Shown in pieces: positions 49,728-62,490 of a stretch of 64,000 nt of DNA. Under the pieces are notes generated by a model that was given only the letters and a program-made list of their open reading frames with translations, did not search any database and was not told the origin of the DNA. A program made the translations under genes and the position numbers. The DNA comes from Octopus sinensis (taxonomy: Eukaryota). The DNA is taken from positions 68,076,001 through 68,140,000 of the forward strand of contig NC_043005.1 of NCBI RefSeq assembly GCF_006345805.1, in the 5' to 3' direction. Position 1 is the first letter of the stretch; each line of letters begins with the position of its first letter.

Positions 49728-50312
49728 GTTTCAGCAATATGCAAATGTCCAGTTACAAAATCATACTCTTCATACATAAAGGATTGATGTGAAAAAAAAA
49801 CAAAAGAAAATTGTGTGTGTGTGTGTGTTGATTCTGAGTTTGCTTTTCTAAAATTTGGATGCAGCTTGGAAGATATTTGCCAGAGACATTTTTTTAAAAA
49901 CTAAATGATCCACACTGTTCACTGTTTTCTCCTTCTTCCCTTTCTTCTCCTTCCTCCCTCCCTCCCTCCCTGTATCATATCATCATCATCATCATCAACA
50001 GCAACAGACAAGACGTAAAGAAAATTAGATTTTGAAATATTTATACACCAAAACAAGTAAAGAACTGCAACTTTATTTATGAATACAATAAAGGCCAAAG
50101 TAAAATAAAAGACTAACCTATTTATGAAAAATATGGAAAGAAAACTAAAAAAAAAAAAAAATAAAATAAAAAATTAAAAAAAAATAACTAAAAAAGTAAA
50201 AGAGGAACAAAAGATTCTTTCCAAACTATAAAATTTTTGCTTTTTATTTTCGAAATTTACTTATTTACATCTTGTTTTTATTATTATATTATTATTATCA
50301 TTATTATTATTA

Positions 50313-50346
<34 letters not shown>

Positions 50347-50814
50347 TATCTGAAGCAAGGCGTAATATTTCTGGCACCTAATGGTACCGCAATGAATAGG
50401 CGGAATGTAATGAGGAAAAGATTTTGAGCGATAATAACAAAACAAGCTAAAATGCGGTGCAAGTAAAGACAATGTAAAGGATCAGTTTTGTTTGTGAGAT
50501 TGCATTATTAATTCTTGTGTCGTTATTGATAATGAAATATCAAAGTAATGTTTACTATCTTTTTGCTCTGCCTACCCCTCTCTTCCACTTCCTTGCACCA
50601 CCGTCAGCACCGCAGGCATTTCATCAGAACATGGTAGTTGTAATAGTAAGTTTGTAATATTGGGCCATAGTAATTGTTTGGTATTATTATTATCATCATC
50701 ATCATCATTATTATTGTTATCATCATCATTATTATTATTATTATCATTATTATTATTATCATCATCATCATCATTATTATTATCATTAGCATGGAAAGCG
50801 GACGCTAAACGATG

Positions 50815-50849
<35 letters not shown>

Positions 50850-50975
50850 CATTATTGTCGATGATATATTTTTTTCCTCTTTAGTTTCTAAATCTTATTT
50901 CTGGTGTAAATTTTCTATTTGGCTTCTTTAATCTTTCTTCTAAACTTTTGTCCTTTTCCTAGGCACTCACATATA

Positions 50976-51164
50976 CAAGGGGGTGTTGAAAAGTTCCTGG
51001 CTTTAAGGGTATCCCAAAGGCCTTCTGAGTTCCTTTACAGGGTTTAGGAAAACTGAAGGACCACTGCAATAATCTGAGTGGAAAATATGTTGAATAAAAT
51101 CCTAATTAACTGATCTTCCTATATGTTCTTTTACCCAAGCCAGGAACTTTTCAGTATGCTCTCA
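50976..51164 (+). mobile_element. mariner-derived MITE
   Basis: TA-CAAGGGGGTGTTGAAAAGTTCCTGGCTT ... AAGCCAGGAACTTTTCAG..-TA, with internal LSGKYVE* resembling a mariner C-terminus. A sister copy lies at 63259. Confidence 0.75.
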
Positions 51165-51512
51165 TACATACATTTCGCCCACATCTATCCACCCATGAAT
51201 GTGCAATATATATATGTGTGTATGTATGCATATGCATGTATGGTAGGTTCTTACATCCATCCATCCATCAGTTAGAAAAAATATGCACTTGTGTATCTGT
51301 GAATAGTGGGTGTATAAATCTAAGTAGACAGTCTTATCCAATAAGAAAATTTTACCAATCAGTTTCACACTGGATATTAAATAACAAGATATTAAATAAC
51401 AGCATGGTTAAGTAATACTGCATGCTCTTCAAAGCTCGAATAACAGAGAGCTATCATATATTTTCAATACCTGCCACCTCTGAAGAGTGCCTAGTATTAT
51501 TTAAGTGTGCTT

Positions 51513-51845
51513 GAAGGCACATGGCTCAGTGGTTAGAACGTCAAGCTTATGATCGTGAGGTTGTGAGTTCGATTCCCAGACCAGGCTGTGTGTTGTGCTC
51601 TTGAGCAAGACACTTTATTTCACATTGCTCCAGTTAACTCAGCTGTAGAAATGAGTTGCGACATCTCTGGTGCCAAGCTGTATCGGCCTTTGCCTTTCCC
51701 TTGGATAACATTGATGGTGTGGAGAGAGGAGGCTGGTATGCATGGGCGACTGCTGGTCTTCCATAAACAATCTTGCCCGGACTTCTACCTCGGAGGGTAA
51801 CTTTCTAGGTGCAATCCCATGGTTATTCATGACCGAAGGGGGTCT
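51513..51845 (+). mobile_element. tRNA-headed SINE family E, CORE-like
   Basis: A box TGGCTCAGTGG, B box GAGTTCGATTCC, GTGCTCTTGAGCAAGACACTT...CAGCTGTAGAAATGAG (CORE-like, from memory). Confidence 0.75.
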
Positions 51846-52022
51846 CCCCACTATCTAATATCCAGTTCCTTAATACCTGATCTAAAACCAAGTGGTTAGG
51901 TCAGAGGAAATGGATCTATAATATTGTATACTATGATATATGTATGTATATCTGTATCTACTTCATTTTTGTATCTGGTTTGCAAGATTCTTTATGTGAA
52001 TTCATGTGTTGAGCCAAATCTT

Positions 52023-52560
52023 GTGGCTAGGGAGAGTCATTATGCTAATATTATTAACATGCATTGGTTCACTTCCACTGCTTTATTATTCGTCAATTGG
52101 TTCAATATCCAACTAACTAATCGATTGTTTAATTTGCTTAAACAGAAAATCATTTGTTTTGTTTTTGTTTTTTTTTTGTTGCTACTTATAACCTTTTCAG
52201 TGACCTGTTATTGAAAAGGTTGTGAGTTAGTTGGATGTTTAACCGATTAACTAATACAAAAGGAGTAGAATTGAACCTGTGCATGTGTTAATAATATGAC
52301 TCTCCCTAAGGCGGCGAGCTGGCAGAAACGTTAGCACGCCAGGCAAATTGCGTAGCCGTATTTCGTCTGCCGTTACGTTCTGAGTTCAAGTTCCGCCGAG
52401 GTCAACTTTGCCTTTCATCCTTCTAGGGTTGATAAATTAAATACCAGTTATGCAGTGGGGTCGATATAATCGACTTAATCCGTTTGTTTGTCCTTGTTTG
52501 TTCTCTGTATTTACCCCCTTGTGGGTAGTAAAAAAAAAATATGACTCTCCCTAGACACCA
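52023..52560. repeat. Older fold-back element interrupted by a SINE B
   Basis: Arms 52023-52118 and 52225-52308(+52553) are imperfect reverse complements. Confidence 0.65.
52309..52537 (+). mobile_element. SINE family B, full length, with perfect 16-bp TSD
   Basis: AATATGACTCTCCCTA at 52293-308 and 52538-553. Confidence 0.92.
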
Positions 52561-52937
52561 CAATACCCCTCCCTCCACATATACACATATATTGGTGTCC
52601 CAACTCTGCCCTCTTGGAGGTTTCTATCTATGCAAAAATGTAGTCTTACAAACGCTGTGTGGTAACACTGCTCTCAGCAAGCAAAGGTCTATATTGGTAT
52701 AGACTGTTGATTTCAAGTGATGCTATCAAGCTTGTATGAACTCTTTCTCCAATCCAACTTCTAAAGTCTTTGAGCTTCATGCTGTTGATGAGCTGTAAGG
52801 GAAAGATCATTGGCCGAGTTGTGATCAAAGAGATAGAAGATTTTCTGATACCTTGATAGCTTCTGCTTGATGACAAGGCCATTATTTTGGATTGGGTCTA
52901 ACAATTTTCAAAACATCTGCCAATCAAATATTTAAGT

Positions 52938-53331
52938 GCAGGAGTGGCTGTGTGGTAAGTAGCTTGCTTACCAACCACATAGTTCCGGGTTCAGTTCCAC
53001 TGTGTGGCACCTTGGGCAAGTGTCTTCTACTATAGCCTCAGGCCGACCAAAGCCTTGTGAGTGGATTTGGTAGACGGAAACTGTAAGAAGCCCATCGTAT
53101 ATATATATATATATATATATGTTTGTGTGTCTGTGTTTGGTCCCCCCCCCCTAACATCGCTTGACAACCGATACTGGTGTGTTTACGTCCCCGTCACTTA
53201 GCAGTTCGGCAAGAGAGACTGATAGAATAAGTACTAGGCTTACAAAGAATAAGTCCTGGAGTTGATTTGCTCGACTAAAGGCGGTGCTCCAGCATGGCCG
53301 CAGTCAAATGACTGAAACAAATAAAAAAAAA
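52938..53331 (+). mobile_element. SINE family A, full length (reference copy)
   Basis: Head, CACCTTGGGCAAGTG body, internal (TA)n, tail GGCGGTGCTCCAGCATGGCCGCAGTCAAATGACTGAAACAA. Confidence 0.92.
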
Positions 53332-54470
53332 GTTAAGAGGGCTGATCTTCTTCAAGAGCCTCACATGCCATGAATGCAAGAACAAAGTGGAGGTTTATGG
53401 ATGCATTCCACCTGTCTCTATCGTGCTCGTTGCGGGTTAGGATTTTCTGGTTATCATACTGAACAAGAAGTCATAAGTGTTATATTTTGCAAACGCTCAT
53501 ACTCTCTAATAGTGGACAAAGTCAACTTAGCCAGATTATTGTTATTAGTAGACACAACATGAAATTAAGGTATTCCAAAGCTAAAGGGATAGGGACGGAA
53601 ATATTCTTGGTGCACTATTGCGAGACATATATCTTGGTTGCAGCTACACAAAGGAGAGTATATGTATATAATATAATGTAATGTAACACAAAACAAGTGG
53701 AATTTCTGAATGACTTAACATCATGAAATCCAGGAGAAACTCGTTTACACCTTATTAAGTATATAGAATACTTCTTGGAAACAATCAAACATCTGTAATA
53801 TATAATCATCCCCATTTCTATGTCATTACTCTTCTAAACTAATTCCGTTTCATAATAAAATGGCATGATGCTTATGACATGATTGGTAACCCCTTCAAGC
53901 TCTGTTCAAGTAGTTCTAATTTATGGAACTGGCTGAACAATTTAAAAAAAATTTTAATTGGGATCTTTGCCTTAGAACTGCTGTTGGTATCAGTGGTACC
54001 CTTTCTTAATATTTAGCATTTAAATGTGATTCCTTATTTAAAGATGACAGGGATCTGGTTTTTATTGTGAACATTTGGCTGCTACATATATTAACAGGTC
54101 AAGCGGCTACTTAGACTTTTTCTTATTTGTCTGATGTCAAGAAGGGTATCCTGTTCTAAATATGTTAGCTATATTTATGCCATTGTTTGAACTTTACACT
54201 AGGGGTGATTGTAGGTCAATTCATAGAATGATAACACCAACTGACATAGAAAACAAAATAAATTAAATAAAAAAAAAAACAAATACTGCTGTCTCGTAAG
54301 TTTGAAAGTTAAGCCTATTGTTGGATACATTTAGAGAACTAATTCCAAAGTGAATTTTACTCTATCGACTCTAGCTTTAATGATATAACATACTTCTTTT
54401 ATTGTTTATTGAAATTAGAAATCCCTGTCACACATTACATTTTAGTGGTAAAGCAGTCAGATCTATTCAT

Positions 54471-55063
54471 CACTATATTTAGGATACTGATTTTAAAAAC
54501 TGTATCAATTTCCCCCTCTATGCTACAGCTAATTAATGATCTACTGTTTTGTTACAAAACTGTAACCCCCAAATAAACCTATAAAATGATTAGTTATTCT
54601 ACACATAAGTTTCTTTCATACTTCTTTCTAGATTGAGATTTACCAGAACAGTCTTACTGCAAATTCCAGCAGTACTGCTGTTACCTATCCTACTTTTCTT
54701 TTGCTATCTCTTTCCTGTTGTTTTTATATCTTGATGAAATCTTTCTCATTACACTTTAATTAAATCACCAAGCTGTCATTGAAGGCTATCAAAGTGTCTG
54801 TGAAAGTAATGAACTTTGATGTTCAAGCTAATCTATTTACATATATACAGCCAAATATATCAAAATTTGAGACCATGTCCTCTACTAATTTAGAATAGTT
54901 TTCTGCTTTATGGTTGCTAAGAAAGATTGCGACAGTGAGAACAAGCAAGGACCTTGCACAAAGATTTATGTAGCACAAAAAGATTTTATGGGCTTGTGCC
55001 CACAAATTAGTCAAAAGCAAGTCTTGTAATATTAATTAGTCAGCAAAATCTGTGTTGTCAGTG
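54471..55063 (-). mobile_element. Internally deleted Chapaev3-like (CMC superfamily) transposon remnant
   Basis: FLSNHKAENYSKLVEDMVSNFDIFGC..NIKVHYFHRHFD..LGD..ERFHQDIK..YCWNLQ, with CAC at both putative ends. Confidence 0.65.
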
Positions 55064-56124
55064 TAATCCATGTTTGTTCTGAATATTTAAAAAAACAGTG
55101 ACAAAATGACTGAACTCTGATGTAATCAACTTAAACATTAACAATGAAAACAGCAGTTTGTGAGCAGTGTAAAATGTTGGCCTTTAGAAGAGCTGAATTA
55201 AATATTTAACAGAGTCCAGTTTAACAATAGATTTTGCTGGACTATAGAATTGACCTGTGGAAGATGGTTTGGAATTTGATTAGAATGTCATCACACTGAA
55301 TTAAATATATATATTCTGATTGGTTGTTAAAGCCTGCGCTGAATTCACCCTCTGAATACTTATTACTTGGATGGAAATGTCAGAAGAAAACAAAAAGAGC
55401 AATATACATCACAACAATGTCAAACCTGACCTAAATGAATTATGCAGTTACTCCAAGAGACTAGTTTTATTGGTAAGACTACATGCAATATGATCAAGAA
55501 TTCATGAGCCTGGAAGGATAAAAGTGAAATCTATTAGTCCTTCATCATTGCATTTTGCCATTCTTATTCAATAAATCCAAATTGCTCCATCACAATCCAA
55601 ATTCTCTTTTGTTAACTATCCAAACCATGTTAACAACCCAGTATTAACTGTTCTATGCTCATTTGCATAATCAACATTCCCTCGTGTCTTTTTGTATTCT
55701 TTCATGATTCTACATCCTAAACCTTGATGTTCAGTTTTGGTGGCAGATGGGGTGTGTAAGCACTCAGTTGGAAGGACCAGGTTTAACTCATCAGGCATGC
55801 ATCCTTTTTTAACTTCTCTCTTGCTGAATGCATTTCTCCTCCATATATTCAATTCTCCTCTAACAGTAACATTGTCAAAGTGATCAGGGGGCAGCAATAG
55901 CTTTCATTTTGAAGGGTTGATGTTGCCCCTTTTTCTAAGTGTTTTTCATGTCTTATTAAAGTTATCTCTACAGATTTACTGTAGAAATTATAGCCAGCAC
56001 TAATTTTGTTACGCCTTTTTGTATCTGAGATGCTTAGTGTAAACAACAGTAATGAGGTCAAAGATGAAAAATGGGTAATGGGCATATAGACCCGTTACCC
56101 ATTTTTCATTTTCGATCTCATTGT

Positions 56125-56425
56125 TGTTTACGAGCGTGATCTTCGCCAGAGCAACAAACAGGCCTCTGTGCCAGTGGCACGTAAAAAGCACCATTCGAGC
56201 GTGATCGTTACCTGTGTTGCCTTACTGGCACTTGTGCTGGCGGCACTTGAAAAAACATTCAAGTGAGGTCGTTGCCAGTGCTGCTGGACTGGCTGCTGTG
56301 CAAGTGGCATATAAAAAGCATCATTTGAGCGTGTCTGCTGCCAGTATCGCCTGACTGGCCCTCGTGCCGGTGGCGTGTAAAAGCACCCGTCACACTGTCG
56401 GAGTGGTTGGTGTTAGGAAGGATAT
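56125..56425 (+). mobile_element. RTE 3'UTR with ~65-bp internal repeats, tail truncated
   Basis: GGCACGTAAAAAGCACCATTCGAGCGTG repeats, then GAGTGGTTGGTGTTAGGAAGG. Confidence 0.75.
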
Positions 56426-57832
56426 CTGTATAAGTCTATTGGAACATGACATGTCTTGTTCTAAATCCTACTAAAACCTAGACAAGTATCAGCTTGACAG
56501 CTTTACATTCTCTTATGTGACATTGGGTGTTTTTCTTTTATTTTTCTTCCATCTTTTCTTTTGTACCTTTCCGGTTCCTTGTTTATGTGATGTCCTTTCA
56601 GCTGTGAACATAGCTTAACGCACTTGGCATTCTACTTTGATATCATTTACTGTGACTTGTAAATAAAATTTTGATGAATCTACGGATTCTGGTTCTCCTG
56701 ATTTTATATCATTGGATCTTCCTCTTCAACATTCTTATGTCCTCACTATCCATCAGATATTATATGCTCTACATTTTGTGTGTGTGTGTATGCATGTGTG
56801 TATATATCTACACATGTACATATGTATGTATGTATGCATGCATAATGTCTGTGTTTAGTTAGCTAGCTTTGTTTTTAAACTAAAGGGCATAGTGTATTGC
56901 AGATGTGAATTTATTCAATTTGGCAGATGAATTTGGAATGGAACGGAAATTCCACAGGTGAAAATCCTGGTTTAACATAAGTGAGTAAAAAGTAACAGCT
57001 AAATGCTTATGAAAATCAGTTTGAGAAGGTTGTCTCTTTCAGTTTGTTTTCCCTGCCTTTCTCTTATCCATCAAAGGGTTTTTAATCATCATGCATTTAG
57101 ATTAAATTGTTCCTTGGATGAAGACATAACAAAATACAAAATACCTTGTTGTTGTTTAGCCCCAGGTCAAACGGATTTGTGATCAGCAGCAGTGGCCGTC
57201 TTGTTTTTAAAATTTTTCTTGAAAACTGTATCTTATGTTTTTTTTTCTTTTCTGAAGGTAATAGGCTGTGATTTTGGGGGTTAGCCACATTGACACATTG
57301 TTTCACAGCTGGATGCTTTTCCTGTCATTAATATTTACCTGTTTTTCAAGTAGGCTATCTCTTCTCTCTCACGTCTTTCAAGACATGAAGTGATCATCTG
57401 TTGATTTGTTGATCAGAAAAGTACTGAGAAGACCACTGATAGCAGGTGACTTTCGTAGAGCACATATATAAGCATACACACCCATTCTCCGTGCTCAGTC
57501 TCATAGACATGTGCACACACACACACACACACACACACACTTTTTATGGAACAACAGGAGAAATATTACTAAGTGCATGAGTATGCATGTATTTTACTCT
57601 GCTGCTTTAAAAAATGTGCAAGCATGTATGTGTGTGTGTGTGTATTTTCATGTGCATATTCTGTTTATGCTTTTTCAGTTTGCTTACTGTTGTGGGCTTT
57701 AACTATTGATGACCCTCAGCTCTGAAGCATAAGTGAGACCTGTGTCAGTCACACAGGACGACACAATTGTAGCAATTCAGGAGCGTATACACTATAAGCT
57801 TTGCAGTGAGGCTCCTAACCATGCAAAAATTC

Positions 57833-58249
57833 GGATCTTTTCGGTTTGAACAGCAGTTATTTCTAGCGGTGTCATATGAAATTGTCACCTATAATTATGA
57901 CCCTAGTATCGATCTATTGCATTTCAATCGGTTTTAGGGTTAAGGTTAGTTAGGGTTAGGGGTGGGGGGAAGGGTATCTTTTTTTCCTCACAAATGTAAA
58001 TAAACCCAATCTGTTTTTAAACGAGGGACATATTCATACGGCACAGAATGTTTTTTAACTCAATACACGTAATTGATTGGTTGAAATTGCAGAAATTGAA
58101 GAAAAAATACAACAAATATCTTACAGACTATAGAATTTTCTCAATAAAGCCACGCGAAAAAGATGTTTTATAAACACATTCTACCAGTAAACGAATTAAA
58201 AAATTTTTTAGTTACCTAGAAATTATGTTAAAAGCTGCCGAAAAGATCC
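57833..58249. mobile_element. TIR element with GG...CC ends, 8-bp TSD and internal TTAGGG-like repeats (Merlin- or MULE-like)
   Basis: GGATCTTTTCGG / CCGAAAAGATCC, with AAAAATTC at 57825-32 and 58250-57. Confidence 0.75.
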
Positions 58250-58427
58250 AAAAATTCAACTATTTATTTGGGTCATATCCAAAATGTTGGAGAATGTTTT
58301 TCTCCGTTTTTTCTCTTTTGTTGCTCTCGGCACTTCTAACCCTTTCCTTCCTATCACCCTTTCATGCCCATACATTGTTATCTGTAATTTTATTCCATTG
58401 TTTCATTTTTAACATTTCTACTTGCAG

Positions 58428-58483
58428 TGTGGCAGAAACTGAAGTTAAATAAAGAAACCGAGAGATGGAAACCAGATACTGAA
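58428..58483 (+). CDS. SF3A3: SF3A3 penultimate-type exon, 56 bp
   Basis: (L)WQKLKLNKETERWKPDTE versus human LWAKLKLQKASERWQPDTE. Acceptor TTCTACTTGCAG, donor GTAAGA. Phase 1 completes the Leu codon from 42020. Confidence 0.95.
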
Positions 58484-59252
58484 GTAAGAGGCCTTATCAT
58501 CCATTTGCAGTTTCTCTTCCCTGTCTTAAACCTCCTGACCTCACTATCTCATTCTCTTATTCTCTTTCCCTTACCCCCACCCCACCACCACCATCCAACC
58601 CATGGCCTGTCTTTTCATTTATCCATTTATATTTTATCTCTTTCATTGTTCTTCTCTCTGCCTCTTTGCTATATCATCATCATCATCTCTTCACTATCAA
58701 CCTCTACTCTTTATTGATTGCACTGTAATTATCCCCCAAATAATCACTATCACTATTTTAGACATTCACACACACCCACAAACACACACACACACGCACA
58801 CACACACGCATACACACACACACGTGCGTATCAGATGCCTATGGGGCATCAATTTTGTAATCATTAACCTAAATGTCATCAGTTACTTCTCTCCTCACCT
58901 CCCCTTTCCAGCGCTGTTGTCTGGAAACATCTTTTTGGAAAACCATCTTCTTTGCCTGAGCCACATGTTCACATATTGTGTGCTCTTCTCAACTAACCAT
59001 TTATCATTGTCTGGCATTCTTCCTTATTATTTTTTTCTTCCTCTTATTATATCTTATGCAAAATACCATCATCATTATTATTATTGTTGTTGTTGTTAAC
59101 TTTACACCTGCTTATCGGGGTTTACAGCAGTGTTTGGAACAGTAGAATCCCTTGTTGGGAGCTGTTCTGAGTTCAAATCTTACCAAAGTGTGATTTCTTT
59201 TGTGGGCTGATTTAATTAAGGCTAATCTAAATAATAAGGAAAAGGAGTGATA

Positions 59253-59472
59253 CCTGTTTCTTTATTACCCACAAGGGGCTAAACATAGAGGGGCAAACAA
59301 GGACAGACAAACGGATTAAGTCGATTACATCAACCCCAATGCGTAACTGGTACTTAATTTATCGACCCTGAAAGAATGAAAGGCAAAGTCGACCTCGGCG
59401 GAATTTGAACTCAGAACGTAACGACAGACGAAATGTGGCTACACATTTCGCCCGACGTGCAAACGTTCTGTT
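59253..59472 (-). mobile_element. SINE family B
   Basis: Near-consensus B sequence in reverse orientation. Confidence 0.88.
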
Positions 59473-59534
59473 AGTGTTACACACGCACGCATACACACAT
59501 GCACACACACACACACACACAAACACACACAGGC

Positions 59535-59750
59535 ATCACCATCTTCATTTTGTCATCATTTAATGTCTACTTTTCATACTGGCATTGGTTGGATGGTTTA
59601 ACAGGAACCTGTGTGGTGCAAGCCTGCATTGAGCTCCAGTATCACCTTTGGCTCGGTTTCTATGGCTAGATGTCCTTTCTAACACGAACCACTCTATAGT
59701 GTGTTCTGGGTGCATTTTTTTTTTTTGCACCACTGGCCCTTGTGAACCCC
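59535..59750 (-). mobile_element. Old RTE 3' tail
   Basis: CATCATTTAATGTCTACTTTTCATACTGGC...GCTAGATGTCCTTTCTAAC. Confidence 0.65.
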
Positions 59751-59789
59751 GACCAGGAGAAAAAAAGAAAGGGAAGAAAGCTCCCACTA

Positions 59790-60072
59790 TTAAATGGAAG
59801 CATTTGTGAGGGGACGGTGGAGGTGGATGGCTGTATGTTTGTTGGTTTCCTTGGCATATAAGTTTGCCACCTGGACGGTATGCCAGTCCATCGCAGGGGA
59901 GCTGCAAGATGCAGGAGGAAAGAGTGAGAGAAAGGTGTGGTGAAAGAGTCAGCAGAAGTTCGCCATAACCTTCTGCCGGAGCTTCCAAAGAATAAGTCCT
60001 GGGGTCGATTTGCTCGACTAAAGGTGGTGCTCCAGCATGCCTGCAGTCAAATGACTGAAACAAGTAAAAGAG
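59790..60072. mobile_element. SINE D body (-) abutting a SINE A 3' tail (+)
   Basis: Minus strand CTGCGATGGACTGGCATACCGTCCAG, then plus strand AAGAATAAGTCCTGGGGTCG...GACTGAAACAAGTAAAAGAG. Confidence 0.7.
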
Positions 60073-60245
60073 TATATATATATATATATATATATGTGTA
60101 TACATACACACACACACACACACACACACTCACTAACATATATAGGTACATGTTTGTGTGTATATTTTACCCTTGAAGAATGGAAAGCAAGTTTGACCAT
60201 AGCAAGTTTAAAAATCAGAATACAAAGGGCATTACCAAATATTGG

Positions 60246-60372
60246 TAAAATCCAGAATCCCAGCAAATAAATTATGGTCTGTGATGGCAAAAGTTAGTCC
60301 AGAGGAAAGTCCAGTATGTTCAGTTGTCTTTAGAAGGTGAAGAATCTAATATTTTGAGCTGTTGCTCTTTGT
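60246..60372 (+). repeat. 127-bp local duplication, copy 1 (copy 2 at 62734-62860)
   Basis: 8 substitutions, no gaps. Confidence 0.9.
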
Positions 60373-60574
60373 TTGGGAGTGAAATAAACAGAGAAATCCT
60401 GTAGTCACATCAATGCCAATTGCTTCCTCTTTTCCTCACTCTCTGAGAAAGAGAAAAAGTGAGAAGCCTATGATTTTCTATTCTTCATGTCAGCTTGAGT
60501 TGTCTGAAGCTTATTTGTTGTTTCCTGTTGACTAACAACTACAAATATTGTTTTTTTTTATTCTTTACTCTGTG

Positions 60575-60800
60575 TATGTGAGTCTTTGTGATTGTCCCCA
60601 CCACCACCACCACCTCTTGACAACTGGTGTCAGTTTGTTTACATCCCTGTAACCTAGCAGTTCAGCAGAAAGGACTGATAGAATAAGTATGTATCAGACT
60701 TAAAAATAAGTACAGGGATCAATTTATTTGACCAAAAGTTTCAAGTTGGTGCTCCAGCTTAGCCACAGTCCATTGACTGGAACAAATAAAAGATAAAAGA
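60575..60800 (+). mobile_element. SINE family A, old 3' portion
   Basis: CTTGACAACTGG...GGTGCTCCAGCTTAGCCACAGTCCATTGACTGGAAC. Confidence 0.7.
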
Positions 60801-61110
60801 AGGCAAAGTGTATCTGCGGACATATGGCTCTAATTTGTAGCTGGCTGATTGACCTTATGGAGGCTGCTTTGTTATTGTTTTTGTTGGTGGTGGTAGTTAT
60901 GTGAAAGCAGAGGAAGGACAAGGAAGAGTTTTATATTCTGTACAGTAATGCAGGCTATAGTACAATGCACTACATTAGTATACAGTGTGAAACATCAATA
61001 AATAAGCTAAATGATGTTGAAATTTTTGTCAGTCTGGGCACAATTTGTCTGGAGTTAAACTTTTGCTTCATTCATAGATTACTATCTGAGAAGCTAGTAG
61101 TTATAAGAGC

Positions 61111-61141
<31 letters not shown>

Positions 61142-61797
61142 CTAATAACATCATCAACACTATCAGCAGGACACGAGCCATGCTGCTATAAGCAGACAGC
61201 AAATCATCATAAAAGCTGACATCGACTGGACTGGATTTCATTATCTAGTAACAGTTGGAATGGTTATTTGGTGTGTGTATATATATATATGTATGTATAT
61301 AAATCAAAGCTCATAACATAGCTTTTCTCAGTGATCAGTAATGACAGTGCTACCTATGTATTATTCATTTCTTTATTACTGGATGTTGATGCTGCTTTTA
61401 CCGGAAATATTACAAACTTCATTCTGCTACCCCCAAATATCCATATATATACTTGTATGTATGTATGTATGTGTGTATGCATATATATATATATGTACGT
61501 TAATAAACACATGTGCACACACAAGACTGTCTGTACAAGCAGACATATTTTCACACACCCACACATACATATATGTATGTAGACGTAATATGAAATATGT
61601 GTGTGTGTGTCAATGTATGCATGCATGCATAATATAGAGGTATTAACACAGATAATAAATATAAGCATGTGTATATGTTTTTGTATATGTCTATATACAA
61701 CCACATATATTGACACACATAACATGTTCCCATATATTTCTGAATATTGTGTTTATGTATTGATCTATGTATTAGCATATATGATTTTTCTAAGTGG

Positions 61798-61828
<31 letters not shown>

Positions 61829-62138
61829 AGACTGGGAGAAAATGTATATATTACCATGTATACAACACCCACAGACATATACATACATCTATAATCAGTC
61901 ATTTGATAGCATTGTCAAAAATGATGGTTGGAGCCTGTAATAGAGCGCTTATTGTTGAGCCAGATTAATTCTGATCTGTGTTCACAAATCATATTATATA
62001 CCCCAGATTGTTCGCTTCATTACTTGTTTGTTGAACTCTTCTGTCTTCTATACCACACATCTATAACTTACTGCTGCTATACATTCAATCTCCATCTTAT
62101 TTTTCTCTATTTCATAGTACTTGAGACTGAGAGAGTTC

Positions 62139-62490
62139 GAGTCAAGCCAAGCTGAAACCTTCCATAACTTGTTCTGCAAATCCTATCTGCTCCCACACAT
62201 ACACCTTTTATTGTAAGGCACATTGAACAGAAGTCTATATATTCTACCACACCTCATGTTGTGGGGCACGTCAGTTAAAAACCTATGTACTGCCTCACAT
62301 ATTGTGGTACTTTGGAGTCAAGCCAACTTGAAACTTTCCATAACTTGTTCTGCAAATCCTATTTGCTCCCACACATACACCTTTTGTTGTAAGGCACATT
62401 GAACAGAAGTCTATATATTCTACTACACCTTATGTTGTGGAGCACGTCAGTTAAAAACCTATGTACTGCCTCACATATTGTGGTACTTTG
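62139..62490 (+). repeat. Tandem duplication, 2 x 176 bp
   Basis: Copies start at 62139 and 62315 (GAGTCAAGCCAA). Confidence 0.92.

Noticed and set aside
52785-52850. Possible C/D snoRNA (TTGATGA...CCGA...GTGATCA...CTGA)
   Set aside because: There is no terminal stem, and the putative guide resembles the 18S 3' end in sense rather than antisense.
57940-57970. Interstitial telomere or fusion scar
   Set aside because: There are only a few imperfect TTAGGG units, and they lie inside a TIR/TSD-bounded element.
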